64,000 nt of DNA from Marsupella aquatica (Eukaryota; Plantae; Marchantiophyta): assembly GCA_973895155.1 (NCBI GenBank), contig OZ316891.1, forward strand, positions 15,903,037-15,967,036, read 5' to 3'. Position numbers and translations under genes: made by a program. Shown piece by piece: positions 25,411 through 38,927 of the stretch (the stretch's first letter is position 1; the number at the start of each line of letters is the position of its first letter). Below the pieces are notes generated by a model. It did no database searches. It saw nothing but the letters and a program-made list of their open reading frames with translations, and had not been told where the DNA came from.

Positions 25411-26176
25411 GCTAGCCATGCAAAGATTGCGTACAAACAAACAAAGCTCAATAGACCACCCCAAATTGCACTTGCCAGAGATGCAATGGGATGACAATCC
25501 CACTTGGCCTCAAGGTTTCATCGACAAAATGATCGGATGAGACTGTCAAATGAGGGGAGGAGCAGGGGCCACTCATCGTTAAATCCCAGTGTTTGTCCAA
25601 ACCATCATTCAACCCGTAATGAGTATGTCACCATTACCCGATCATAACTTCCCTCGTCTCAGTCTAAGTCCAAGACTAATTATTACGTACTTCTTTGGCT
25701 AAATACTACATACAGCATACGGACATGGATGAGTTACCATATAAGGGACACCCCCATAAGCGTCACATGGGTAAAATATGAAACACTCAATCTATTTAGA
25801 GTGTCATCAACCATAGAGGTTCAGATTAGGCATTTAAGGACCTAAATATACCTTAGATTTTATCTTTTTGATAAAACTGTTAAAATATGGCTAGAGTAAT
25901 TGTCTGGATAGAAAGGGTATTGGGAGAAAAGAGCTAAGCTCCCAATCAATAATGCCCTGGCCAGTGCAATGTCCCTTTTGGACCGAAGTGGTTACTGATG
26001 GAAAATATTTGGACATAAGTGATGACTTGGTCAAGTCATCCACAATGTACTTTTTGGACAGAAAAGTAAACAGCAACACCCAAGCATATATCTCCATGTT
26101 TTTTAATTCCAATCCATCCAAGTTTCTTTAATCCATGGGCGCTTCCTGGACAACCTATCAGGTCATCCGAGCTTTA

Positions 26177-26498
26177 GGGCTAGGTTCCATGGGGCTGGGA
26201 GTAAGGAGTACGGATGCTGTCAAAATTTTTAAGTCAATAAGATTGGAGCTTTTCCAGGGACTGAGGGGTGTACAAATACTATATCAAGGAGTATGATTTT
26301 CCCTCACACTCCCTCCTAAAATTCAGGGGTACCCCCTGCCCCTGTATAAGAACAGTACAGGGCATTTTCATTGGCTCCTGAGTCAAAATTCATACATTTC
26401 AAATACTGTAAACACTTTGGCATACAGTGTATTTGGGCCCTAGGGGATGTCAGATGGAGTGACCGTACTCCTTACCCCTGGCCCACGGAACCTGGCCC
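26177..26498. mobile_element. Tourist-like (PIF/Harbinger) MITE
   Basis: About 37-bp imperfect TIRs (GGGCTAGGTTCC...GTAAGGAGTACGG / CCGTACTCCTTAC...GGAACCTGGCCC) and TTA TSD (26174-26176, 26499-26501). Confidence 0.8.
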
Positions 26499-26636
26499 TT
26501 AAGCTCCAAAATTCTTTTGAGGGTTAATAAAAAACAGCAAAATATTTATTATTTGGATCAAAAATGTGTTGGCGGTTGTGTTGTAGCCGAGGCGGCTAAT
26601 GTTCGTGTTAACTCTTCACCTCGCAGGGTTGATCGT

Positions 26637-29600
26637 ATGGAGGATGTGAGCTCCTTCAAGAGTGTGTTTACTCGTGCGGAAAAGAAAACAATCAAGTCTA
26701 AGGATGGCATGAGCGAGCCAATTGTAGCCTCCGAGGAGGCGCTGCAGCATGTAGTCATGTCGTCATATCGGAAGAAGCTAATTCAAGAAGTGCAGCGTAA
26801 GCTGCAAAAGGTAAACAGTCCACAACGCACTTCTCCTATGAAATGAATTAGTCTCGTGTCTTGTTGTCCTGCAGAATTGTCCGTTTGTCCGTTTGATTGT
26901 TGTGGCTACTCAGCGCGTCCAGTCTCCACTATACGCAGGATTTGTCGTTGAGATATTTTTGGTTGGAAGTTGTTTCATGTACGGTCGTAGTATCCTTTTG
27001 TTATCAATGATGATGATTGAGCGTCATTATTGAGAATTCTGAAAATCGGTTCTCCGGACTTAATCAATAGTCTTGAAGACAAAATCGATGTATCAGACTA
27101 TCTTTCCTTGCAAATGCCTGAAGATTGACGGAGCTCTTGAAAGCTTAAAGGACACTTATTCTCTTAACCTGTTCTGAGGATTGTGCTACTTTAAATACGT
27201 GCCTGAAGTGTAGCCCTAGTCTTAGCAAGGAAACTGCAATTACAAATGAACTGCTGAAGATTATCTAGCAACTGTGTATGAATCTATACTGAGCTACTCT
27301 GAACCCGGAAGATCTGGCCGTTTGTCTCGTCAATGCTAGCCAAATCTGAGTTTGCTAAGAGCTTGCCGAGCAGCCAAGGACATAGGAGAGGATAGGTAGA
27401 AAGCTGGCTTCAGGGCTCAGCCTCGCTTCACGGCTTGAAAGTTCATAGCAATTTCATTTTCCGACACCTGTGTTTTGGTATTTTGCAAGTTTTCCTTTAT
27501 GTTAGACTTGCCAGATTTCTTTCTGAAAAAATGGTATATGAAGATGCTGCTTCCTTTCTTCTCTAGCGTTTTGGTTACAGAGTTGATCATTGTACTGGAA
27601 ATGTGCCTTGTAAACTAGCAATGTAAATGAACCCTATCTGGCCAATGGAATTTGAAACATCACTATTTTGGATTGACAGGCAGTGGATCTACCTTCTCAG
27701 CGAGGGGATGTATTGCATCAGCTTTTCACTGATATTGCACTTGAGGTGGATTCTCGAGCTAAAGGTAAAGCTCTTTTTCTGGCTCGTTTTTCTCTTTCCT
27801 TTGAGAAATTGGGTATCTTGCTGTTTCTATGGATGGTTACATCAATTTCCGTTGTCCCTAACGGCTGTGTTGTCTTACTAAATTCCTTTTGGGAATTCCC
27901 TCCGCTAGGAGCGTTCTCCAAAATTCTTGGATTACTGAGCTGGGACTATTATTCTGTATTTTTTTTTAATGTAGTCTAACCTGTTCCTGTCTACAGTACA
28001 GCCGTTGTGTATTTCCGTCTTTGTCCCTAAGGCCTACGGTTTAATATGGAATGGTCGTGGGCACATTTTGGCAGCACGACTGTATAGTGAAGAGAACTTT
28101 GAGAGTCCCCGACAAAGAGACAGAGAACACCCTCTTTGCTTTTATGAGGTTCTAGCGGAGCATTATGCTCGCATTCCAGGTGATGGAGATGCAGCTCTTG
28201 CATTGTTTGTGAAGCTGTGGAGCCAGTCTCTGGCCGCTCAAATTTTCACACTTCTTTTCCATAAGTGGGTGAGTCCAGTTTATCCGCGCATTCATTGGTC
28301 TACTAGACATTTTATGATGATTTGAGTGTGCCATATGCTGCTGGGGAATAATGCTTTGAAATAGTTCTGTCGAAGTGGGACTTGTGTGTTTATGGCTTTT
28401 CCTCAATAAGACGTCAACGGAATTATGAACTAATCGTCATTTTAAATAAATGAAGTGCTGCCACATAATTTGATTGACCTTGATCTTTCTTTGGACGCTC
28501 TACTGGAGGAAGTTGTTTGAAGTACCGACAGAAGATTCAGATGGATATTTACGTTATTCTACAGCATTTGTTGAAGGTGCCAGTACCATATTCTGGTAAT
28601 TTCTTTTCCCATTGGACATTGTGTAAATTGATGTGACCTGTGAAAATTCAGTGTCACTGGTTGTACGAACTACTTTCCCTAGTACTTAGACCCGGATCGT
28701 ACTTAAATTTGAAGTAATTAAAGTGTTACGGACCTTGTGAAATTAAAAAGAATTTACTGAAATGATTGTAAATCAATGAAATAGAACTGAGATGAAATAA
28801 AGGCAGCCCTTGTGGGTTCTTCGGCAGGATCTGAAAGTAACAATTGCTCCACCAACTGTAGACCTGTGTAATCTGCCGGGTATGCCATAAATAAGTAGTG
28901 GTTGGATGCACCACGCAGTAGACCTCGTTATCCTCTCAGAGGCGGCTCTTAGTGTGTAGTCCTGTACGACTGAGTGAGAGCTCAACCACAGTGCCTGTTT
29001 TATCGTCTAGGGAGGAGAGGTCTGTGTCGGTGCCCTTTGCTAACAGGTCACCAGCAGGTTACAAGAGACAAAGGTATTAGATTATCCTTCATGAACAGTG
29101 TCGCAGCGGAGTCGGTAAGTGCAGATACAGACAAAGAATCAGGTACATCACCAAAAATGGAGGTATGGCAAATCCTACTTCTCCGATACAATTTAAAAAA
29201 TATGTTTCCAGAAGAGTGTCATGTAAACCTGACCAAACTAATCCTTGCTATTGGGTATCAGAAGATGCATCAAAGTGCAAGGGCTACCCAATTATAAGTG
29301 CTAAAAGCATTCTAGATGTCCCAATCAATAAGAGATGATGATCAGGCCTGACATGTTCATTTGAACCTGATGATGCCAGAAAGAAAATCAGGAGAGAGTT
29401 ATGATCAGAACTGTATGGTCTACTCTGAGAATTTCACGTTACTTGCTGGCCAAAAGATCGCTCGAAAGGCAAAGGAATTTGTCGGAAATTTTTCTCTGAA
29501 TATAGCATAAATGAGAATTCACTCTACTCATCACCCAATTATTGTAAGGATAAGAGTAGTGGGTTTATGTTCCTTTTCATGGTTGGATATGCAGGATTGA

Positions 29601-32600
29601 TATGCAGAGTAATGTGCAACGTTTCTTCTCGTTGTACCATGTGTGTAACACTGCTATCTTGGCTTGTGGTTTCAGATTTGTTTTATGTGCTTGTCAGCAG
29701 AAGGCATAACTCGTTTTAGTTCTGTCTTGGTTCTTGGTTACATGGGACATTAGCCTACTTGAGTTTTGATTGTCTATTTGTTTTCCAGGAGATGCATACA
29801 GGGTTTGTGTAGTTCACAAGTTGTAGGTCATCAATCCTCAGCAGAGATTATTATGTTGCTAGAATTGGGCCATGTTAATATCATGCAAATTCGGATATTT
29901 ACAGTATACCTTAAATGAGGTCATCATGAATCCGCAGCGGCATTCAAGGTTGCCAACTCAGGTACTTGACGGAAGTTCCCTACATCCTAAACATGTCTAG
30001 CAGCACCATCTTTTGACTTTTGAAAGTGAGACTGATTTTCTTTCAATCTTCCCACCTGCCTGTTGATAAATTCTTGTACCAACGATGTGACCGTACTGTC
30101 TTTCTTTTCAGGCGCGATGTGAGTTGGTCCTCTTGCTGTCAAGGTTTTTTCTCTTCTATGAACCCGGTACTGCTGTCACAGGGCTTTCAGGAATTCTTTT
30201 GTTCTGTGTGCGGCATTTACCTCCATGCTACCTTCGAGCTATTTTGATTCAGTCAGTTCTCAGTATATAGTCGAGGGCTATCTCGTTAAATTTGTCGATG
30301 CTTTCTCAGACTTCCCCACTGAATATGAAGTAATAAGAATAGTGTTTTTTCCAGTTATTCGAAGAATACCATTATCGACATTTACTACCGCTTGAAATGT
30401 AAAAATTTGCAATTTTAACAAAAGACTGCTACTGTATACACATGACAATTATTGTTTAATCATGTTTTTATTTGCCTTTCTCAGCTGCAAGACTTCAGGA
30501 TTTCTTTGTTCATTTCCCTCCATTTCCGTCAAGCTTGGGACCGGCAGATGTCTTTGTTATTGAACTGGCAGACCAGGTGATGAGTCATTTTTCCTACTGA
30601 ATCATGTGACTTGCTTGGACTGTTTGATTGTTTGATCTGTCGAAGAGAGGTATAAGGAAATTTCTAAGGACTTTGAATCGTTTGTTGCAGCTGCAAAAGG
30701 TCAAAGTTGAGCCGGCATTGTTACATTATCTGAAAAAAGCCGAGGTTCTGAAAGGTAAATGGCTTTTGTTAATGTTGGTAACCTATGCTGATAAGCTTCC
30801 AGATGAATAAGATCGAAGCGTATTAATTGTGACGTTACTAGAGGTCTTTTGTACTGCCTCTTTCCAAAATCCCCTTGTGCAGGACGTCCTTGCCATGACT
30901 AGTTCTCTTGAAACACACACGAAGTCACTAAAATATCAAGCATTTGAAGTCCTTTAATGACTCCTAACAGTACATGATTAGCAGAGAAATGAAGTTCGTT
31001 AATTTGTCCTTAACTGCAGATGATTAGCAGGGAACTATTGGCTTTGAAAGCTGTAAACTGAAAGATGTGGGAAATGGATATTAGAAAACTCAAGATGTAT
31101 GTGTGGGAGTTTACATAGTTTCATCCAATGTAATGGGGTTGTACAGTCTTCTGGTATTGGGCCTCAAGCAGCGTCTGGAGGATTATTGCAAGTAGATACG
31201 TGAATTATAACCAAAGCTACTCTGGGCTTCCAGTAAAAACGACTAGACAATATGCGAATAGCGGAAAACCCTCGTAGATTGTGTCCCAGCCAGAAAATTT
31301 CAAAATACTTTAAAACTTGTCCAGATTTGGAAATAGCAGCCGGTTTTGTATATAATTTCCAGTCATCGGAGCGTCTCTCGGCCTTAAACCTTCGTCAATG
31401 CTCACTGACATAACTGTTTCCATCAACGTTCTGTTCTTCCTTTTTGATGCACGATCTTGTCTCTGTGCACTCAAAACTGTGAACTATCTCAGAATTCTCT
31501 CACTGTTCAAAAGGTATCCTATTTATCTCTGGGATATGAAACCAGTCTTCAATTTCCTCTAATAATCTTGGAAATGAGTTGGTTTCTGGTTCCCATTGCT
31601 GTTCTTTATCCAGAACAGTGCTGGCAAGAATGTGCCATAAGCAAGTCCTTGAGAGTCTCTTAGGGTGTATTGAATGTCCACCTGGGAGGCCACATGCCGT
31701 AAGTGCAGAGACTTTCTTAGCCACATTGCTGATTATTGAGGGATGCTGTTCAGGGTTTATGGGAATCTCCTCGCAATTTGTCGCTCACTCTGTCTCTGTA
31801 CCATCCTTCGACCGTTACTCTTCCACTCCCTAAACGTATGACTCAGCTTGTCTCCAGTGTTGTACCTGCTTCCGCGTTGCAGATTATCTGCCCCGATATA
31901 TAGCGATATCTTTCTTACGATTTTGGAGGACTTGACCTTGGGAAAACTCCAGGCTCTATATTATCCTCATCAAAATCTCCGGAATGTCTCTTGAATGGAA
32001 GCTAAACTCAGGAATACGTGGCCATATGGTGTCCCCCAAACTTTCAGATAACTATGTATCGATTGAGGTTCCAAATTCTCCCACACATATAGGCCAACAA
32101 GCATATATAAATTTGTATATGTAAGTAAGTAGTTTACGTGTCTCGACGATTGCATTTTTTCTCAACCAATGGATAGAGCCGCATGGGGGAACGATTTCTT
32201 CAGACACTTGAATTCATGGTGGCATACGGAGGCGTGGCCAGATGATCCCGACTGTTGGATTAATTATGAGGCACACAACTTGGACTGTTGGACTAACTCA
32301 GCTGCAGATCTGAGGTATGTGCAGACCTGATTTCGGCCGTGCACCTGCTACACTATGTCGTAGAGGGCATTGGCATACACTCCCTTTCGTCTGGCCTTTT
32401 GGCGCCAAGATCGCGCCCCAAATAAAACTCGGCAAATCTATTGAGGGGCATTGAATATTCGTGGGCAAGGTAGATCTGAAAATTATTTTTGCAGCAACCC
32501 AGAGCTCAGCAACTTGAGTGAGATGTCTCCAACCATAGCCCACGTGTGGCTGTCAGCAGCAGATGATAGGAGATCTGATGCGTGCGCTTTTTTTCTTATT

Positions 32601-35600
32601 CATCATTGGGCAACTTTCAGAATCTAGTTTGGTTCCAGACTCAAACGCCGCTCTTGGTGGAGAATGATCAAACCTTCTCTATTTGAAGACTAATGAATCT
32701 GCCCGGATTAGTCATTTCAAAGGCACCCCCTGTTTCTAAGAAGAAGAAGCTTACTCGCTAATCTGCAGTTGAGCTATGTCGGATTAACAAAATTAGAACC
32801 GTCAACGTGGATATTTTGACGCCAGAAGTGGCTCACTTGAGTCTGAAATTAAGTAGAAAAGCAACCACGTCTAGATATATTGGAAGGCTGTTTGAGATCA
32901 GGTACGACTTTCTTCTGTTGAAACTTGCCTATCCAGGAGCTCTTGGGCCCCTTCAGGGCTCTTCAGGGGTGTGCATGCAGATTTTTTCACCGAGTACTCC
33001 ACTGGAGAATGCTCCCTCGAAATCTTATGGAGGGACATAAGGGTCACCCTGGGCAGCCAGAATGAAACTGATAGAAAATCGTGACCACGGGAGGAAAGGT
33101 TTCAGTGGAGTCACTCTGGACTTAGCCGCGACCTACAAGCCAATCCTACTATATATAAATGGCACCATCAACATTGTCATTTCTTTGGAAGTCCAATGAA
33201 CAGTTCGCTGGCTTCCAGCCTGATGATAATTAAGAGAGAATCAAAGTCTCGTTCTGATTCAGGTATAGCGTCGCATCATCAAGGCTGGTGCAATTGACGA
33301 GGATCAGATGCAGAAGACGAAGTGGAAACTGGCAAAGCTTGTTGGGGGGAGTCGCCCGGGAAGTGGATGGCTTAGCTGCTTGCTTCCTAGAAGCGCATCT
33401 TAGAACTGGTTCCTTGTGGACAAGTTCTGCCCTGCACGGCGTAAAAGTAGTTTGAGCCGAAGATGACCAACAGTGAGTAGACTTTGTGGGAGAGCAGTAC
33501 CCTGGCTCCAGTGTTCGAAACGATGAAAGAAGACTGGAGACAACTTGGGGGAATTGACGAAGTTCGTGGTTGAACACTCAATGGCAAAGTGCAGGGTCTA
33601 ATGCCGCAATTCCATTGCTGACACTTCTTCACGAGTGCATCCTTACTGTCCAAGTAGCATGGTGGGTGCCAGGCTGGATTGTTAACCCACCGAGTGTATA
33701 AGTGACTTACAGGGTAGGGAGATTGAATAGAGAACTTTGGGTCCAATGGAACAACATCAGTACGCTGATCAGAATGATCTGCCTGGTCTTGAGGACTAAA
33801 ACGTTCCAGGAACTTGACGTCTCATCAGCCAAACACTGACGATCAAGTATATTCTCTAATTCTCTAGCCTCGGTGCTTATCGCCAGCGGACATCGAAGGG
33901 AAAGGGTACAAATAATCATATAATAATAAGTAGATACTAATATGGTTCCAGCCTGAGGGCATGGATCATGCATCTGCCAAAAGGAACCAAGTCTCCATGG
34001 TGCAAATGGATCATCTTGGTATCCATTGGTAAGATCCTCATTCAAAATTGACATTATTTCCTTCAGTTCTACACGAAGGTAATGTTCACTTACACCGCCG
34101 CTGGCTATATATAAAGCGGAAGGGACCAGACTTCCCAACCTTTTCACATTCCACTCACTTCTCTCCTCTGCCGTGCCAATCTGATCCACTGTTTCAGGAA
34201 AAGCGTACTTTTAATGGTGAAAGCTGTTGGATCCAGGTTTTGTCATGGCTAGTGGTGCTTTAAGTTTCTGCCTCAGCCTAGGATAAGGCATTTTAAGTTG
34301 AGATCAAGTGTACAGTTGTGCATTTATCTATCTACCTATCTGTTAGAAACAATCCAGTTAGAAAAATCAACCGAGGAAAAGTTTGATGTGACTTCAATAT
34401 TGAGATTGGACGAGGATACCAAATAACTATATAGATTGACTTAGGTTGGAAGGTGTGTTCTGCATAGATGATATCTGAGGAAAGGTACTATTTCCCTATT
34501 GTTTACCGTAGCTTCTTGCAGAGGGGAGAAAGGGGAGAGGGGTTGTCAATCATACGTAAGAACCACGCCTCACACGCTAGTGTGAAATGAACGTACAAAA
34601 ATGCAGCCAAAACTTGTAACTAGACTAGGCTTACGACCATGCCACGGTTCATGAATCAGGAAGTTCCTGCCTCAGAGCTGCTCTTCTGAGAGCATCTGCG
34701 GTTTGGAGCTGACCTCTGTACGATGCTCTCGAAGTGCAGTGAGGTACAAAACATACAAACCAGCACGTATCGTGAAAATATGCGAGAACCCACCAATAAA
34801 AAGTTCTTATCCAGAAATTTTGCTTGCATAATTGCCTGAAAGCCATAGTCGCTACACCCTAATCTATCTTGCTCGCTGAATCTTGAGAGGTGCCTTTCTT
34901 GGAGAGATACTCCGCCATAAAACTATATCCTAATCTTGAACCCGAAGCAAGGACCAGACAGACCACAAACATGCTCTTTTCAGTCTGTTGACATGTGCCT
35001 GTTTTTGGTGCCTGGATATTTTTATCTGCAAATGTCTTGAAATTATAATGGTTTGATCTTTCACTCATATGAGATGAGGGCCTAAGATTTAGAGAAGAAC
35101 GGGTTTGATATATAATAGCGCAGGCGTGTTCGTAAGCGAGGAATTTGTTTCTTGCAGGTTTGCAGCTAAATGTTCCCACCAGCACGCGCTTGAGAACAAC
35201 TCTTTATGGTCTTACTTCTCCCGGCGGTCCTATGTATCCAACGAGGCCTGTCCGACATGCTGCACGTGAAACCTTAGACTGTCTTTTCCCGGTATGTGCA
35301 TGGTGTCCATCACCAACTGACACGGTTATAGAGCATTCATGCGTAAAATGGTTTCCCGAAGAATTAGTTTCCCCGCCTCTTTTGATGATTCGGATTCACT
35401 TTTATAGGCATGTTAAGCATTAGATAATTTCAAAATCTCCATTTCCAGTTAATCAAGTGGTACTGCTTTTAAGCTGTTAGTGGCTAAGACTATCGTCAGA
35501 AACTAGAAAGCTATGGATGTGATTAACCAATTCTTAATTGCTTTATGCAGGTTGGACGCAACTCGAGACATCTCATTAGTCTTTTCTTCCGTTTATTTCA

Positions 35601-35733
35601 TCCTTATTACTGGCCTATATCCTTATGGAACTTTATGGTGACGTCAATCATGGGTATTGTACAGCGAATTTATTTAAAGTTGTATAACCTCTGGGAATGC
35701 ATACTCGGCCGTCACCATTTTCCACATGAATAG
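26637..35733 (+). CDS. Intact conserved plant protein of unknown function, 11 exons, 388 aa
   Basis: Exons 26637-26810, 27680-27764, 28075-28268, 28513-28595, 29595-29640, 29905-29961, 30112-30166, 30485-30576, 30691-30754, 35158-35291, 35551-35733. All GT-AG with consistent phases (1167 nt). Motifs LFTDIALEVD, PLCFYEVLA, KLWSQS...LLFHKW, LQKVKVEP, TSPGGPMYPTR, RHLISLFFRL match a conserved plant family recalled from memory (possibly At5g59960-like, unverified). Confidence 0.9.
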
Positions 35734-36903
35734 TGATAGCTTATGTGTTAGGTACCATTTTTATAGTCCTAAAAAATACTTTTCGGACCGGATAAGCAAC
35801 GGTTTATCCTATCGATATATGCTGGCAGTAGAAGTCAACATAGAGAAGACTTCGAGGCAAGCTAAAGGTTGAGAACCAACTCCAACAGAATTTGCATTCA
35901 GGAAGACTTTTTCATCTTGTGTACTTCCAAATCGATTGATTTATCGTGGGGATTCGTGGAGATGCTGTGGCACTATGACGGTTCTGGATCTGCAAATTCC
36001 CCTTTGTGTACAGAGTGATCACATTCCCATAGGTTACTCTCAGTTTGAAGAAGAACACTTCAGAAGAGACGGATTCACCTACTTTTTGTCCGTATGAACG
36101 AGTGTACAGGCCTTGTCAAAATTTTAAATCTCTTGCTCTCTATCCCAATTTTCAGTGCCTTTCTCAAGCCCTTGAATGTAGGCGTCTTGGTTGTATGTAA
36201 GTTTTATTCCATTCAAATTGAAAATCTACGTATTGAACCTCCTCTGTTGTGATTGAGAAGTGAAAGGCGGTGGATACGTGTAGCCTTTCAAGTATCCATC
36301 TCGTGTTAGCCATGATTGTGTTCATTAGTACCCCGAGTTTGTATTATCCAGACCAGCGCTGGCTTTGACCAAATTGTGATTACAATCTCACCTCGTAAAG
36401 CTAAGATCCTAGGCTCAGTAGGATGCCAGCAAGAGCCACTCTTTGCTGCGCATTTCGTTGTAAATTGAGTCTTGACTCCACTGACTAAGTTTGCTATTCG
36501 TCATCCCTCCTCTGCCTGTCACACACGACAAGAATCAGCCATATTTCTTGGCTTGATTCATTTGTCTCATGATTGGACCCCTTGATTACTGTCCTGCTTT
36601 AGACAGTTATTCTCTTGGAACTTGGATGGAATGGAGTCGGCTGTGAATTGCCTAAGTGGTATTTAGTAATCTTGAAAACTCTGAAGTACAGGTTGAGGTC
36701 TATTCTATGGCCTCCAACTGGGATTTAGTAGAAAAAAATCTCCCTTGTTTAGCCTTGTACTTCAACAAGGATTTCTTGATATCCAAAGACTTAGGAGAAA
36801 GTCTAAGTCTCAAGTACCTATGAGCTCTTTTCAATCCAAATTAATTACGACCCCATGAGAGGTCCTTTGCAAATTCCTTGCCATCACAAGGTTGCGTCAC
36901 ATT

Positions 36904-37213
36904 AACACAACCAGTCATAAACAGAACAGATCCTATTTTTAACAGTAACAAAAGTGCACATTCATGTTTGTGGCAAAAGCAACACAACCAGTCATAAACA
37001 GAACAGATCCTATTTTTAACAGTAACAAAAGTGCACATTCATGTTTGTGGCAAAAGCAACACAACCAGTCATAAACAGAACAGATCCTATTTTTTACAGT
37101 AACAAAAGTGCACATTCATGTTTGTGGCAAAAGCAACACAACCAGTCATAAACAAAACAGATCCTATTTTTACAGTAACAAAAGTGCACATTCATGTTTG
37201 TGGCAAAAGCAAC
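36904..37213 (+). repeat. 77-bp tandem repeat x4, near-identical
   Basis: Units start at 36904, 36981, 37058 and 37135. Confidence 0.95.
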
Positions 37214-37449
37214 TTAATTTTTGGGGTGTCATACCGTAAATATTAAACGTAAAAAAACCAGAATACAAAGGAAGAGGTGTCATTTAGTAAAATAAAGTTA
37301 CCATTTGTCAATGATATATCAATGTTTTACATCAAAATGCTTGTATTTTTAATTGTTTGCAAGTTTAAAAACATAACCAATTGATAAAAATGTACATAGT
37401 TAGAACCTCTTTGGCTCCACATTGTAAAACTAAATAATCAATCTCCTTA

Positions 37450-37915
37450 ATACTAGATGAAATTTGTCAATGTTTGATTCATTGGAAAGCTCAAGATCAA
37501 GAAACTCATGAACTCTTTAGTAATGTCTTGATAAAATTTCTCAATGGCACACTCATTGGAAAGCTAGAGTAAAATTAGAAACTCATCATCTTCTTAGTAC
37601 ACAAAATCTATCAATGTTAGGTTCATTGGAAAGTCAAAGAAATTTGGATACTCATGATCTCTCTAATTCTTGACGAATACTCCCAATGGCACACTTTAGA
37701 AAGCTAGAGAGATTGAAAATCTCATGATCTCCTCAGTACCGTGACAAAATCTGACATGAAATTTTTCAATGTTGGACTCAATGTTGGAAAGCTAAAAAAA
37801 CTCATGAACTCATGATCAAAATTTCTTATTGTCACACTCATTGAAAATGCCAGGAAATTCAAAAACTCATTTGGAATTTGACAAAATTTGTCAATTTGAA
37901 ACTCATTGGAAACTC
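37450..37915 (+). repeat. Degenerate ~70-bp tandem array, about 7 units
   Basis: Recurring CATTGGAAAGCT...AACTCATGA core near 37480, 37555, 37624, 37697, 37783, 37839 and 37904. Confidence 0.7.
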
Positions 37916-38927
37916 TTTCTCGATTAAGAGATGTTACAATCTCTTCACCGTCACAAACTTAGCCGTTGCAAATTGATTTATTTGATTGCATTGCCATCAT
38001 TTGTCTGCAATGCTTGCTTCCTAGTTTGAATTGTTTGCATCCCTCTAGTCTTCAATTGAAGCTCACTCTGAACACAGTTTGACGCCAAATGCAACCTTTA
38101 TGTTGAAGAAACAATTGTTGATCTTCCCCTCACACCATAACTTTCTTAAATAAGAAAATTACAAACCCATCATATGAAGTGATGACTCGTCCATTTTGTG
38201 CATTCTTCCCACCAAAATAACAAGCGCTCCTTTGCCAACAGCTGAGTGTTGTCCTCCAGTTTGTCTTGTGATAGTATTGCTCAATGTAAGTCACAAACGA
38301 TCAATCAGAAATGGTAGAAACACAATTTCTCCAATGTGTAAGCGAAAATAATCAAAAAACTCAATTCCTCCAATTCAACCTTCCATTTGATAAACCAAAG
38401 AGATTATCTCAACCAGATCAATCTACTCTATCTTTTGAGTGTTCTCTTTTGTATTGCACACACCAAGACCACCAGGAGACTCAAAACCATTGGTTACCTC
38501 CTTGCTGAAAATTGATTTCACTTCATCACACACACATTCCTTAGATGAACATGGGGGTCCACGGATTAATTGGCACTATTATGTCTCCACTAGCTAAGCC
38601 AATCATTTTTAAACCTCATAATTTCCAACTCACGAGTAACAGCCACCATCAGTAGTATCTTTCTTGTAAACAAGTTAATACCATAGTTTGGAGTGCTTTG
38701 TACCAGATTCATTCTGCAACCCTTTCTATGGATGTAAATTGCCACACAATGAGTAAAGATGCAATGATTCCCTAAACTCTAAACCCTAAACCCTCATCCC
38801 CAGAATATGTCCCTTTTGTAGAGTAAGCCCTCGTCCCCGTAATATATCCCTTTTGAAATGGTGGCTGAAGCGGAGTTGTAGGATGTGTTGGTAAGTATAA
38901 AGTATTATCTTATTCCTTGTTGGTTTA

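Noticed and set aside
30755-35157. Nested gene or LINE in the 4.4-kb intron of the host gene
   Set aside because: Only short ORFs and faint RT-like traces on the minus strand; no motif could be supported.
36904-37213. CRISPR-like array
   Set aside because: Head-to-tail identical units with no unique spacers, no cas genes, and a eukaryotic context.
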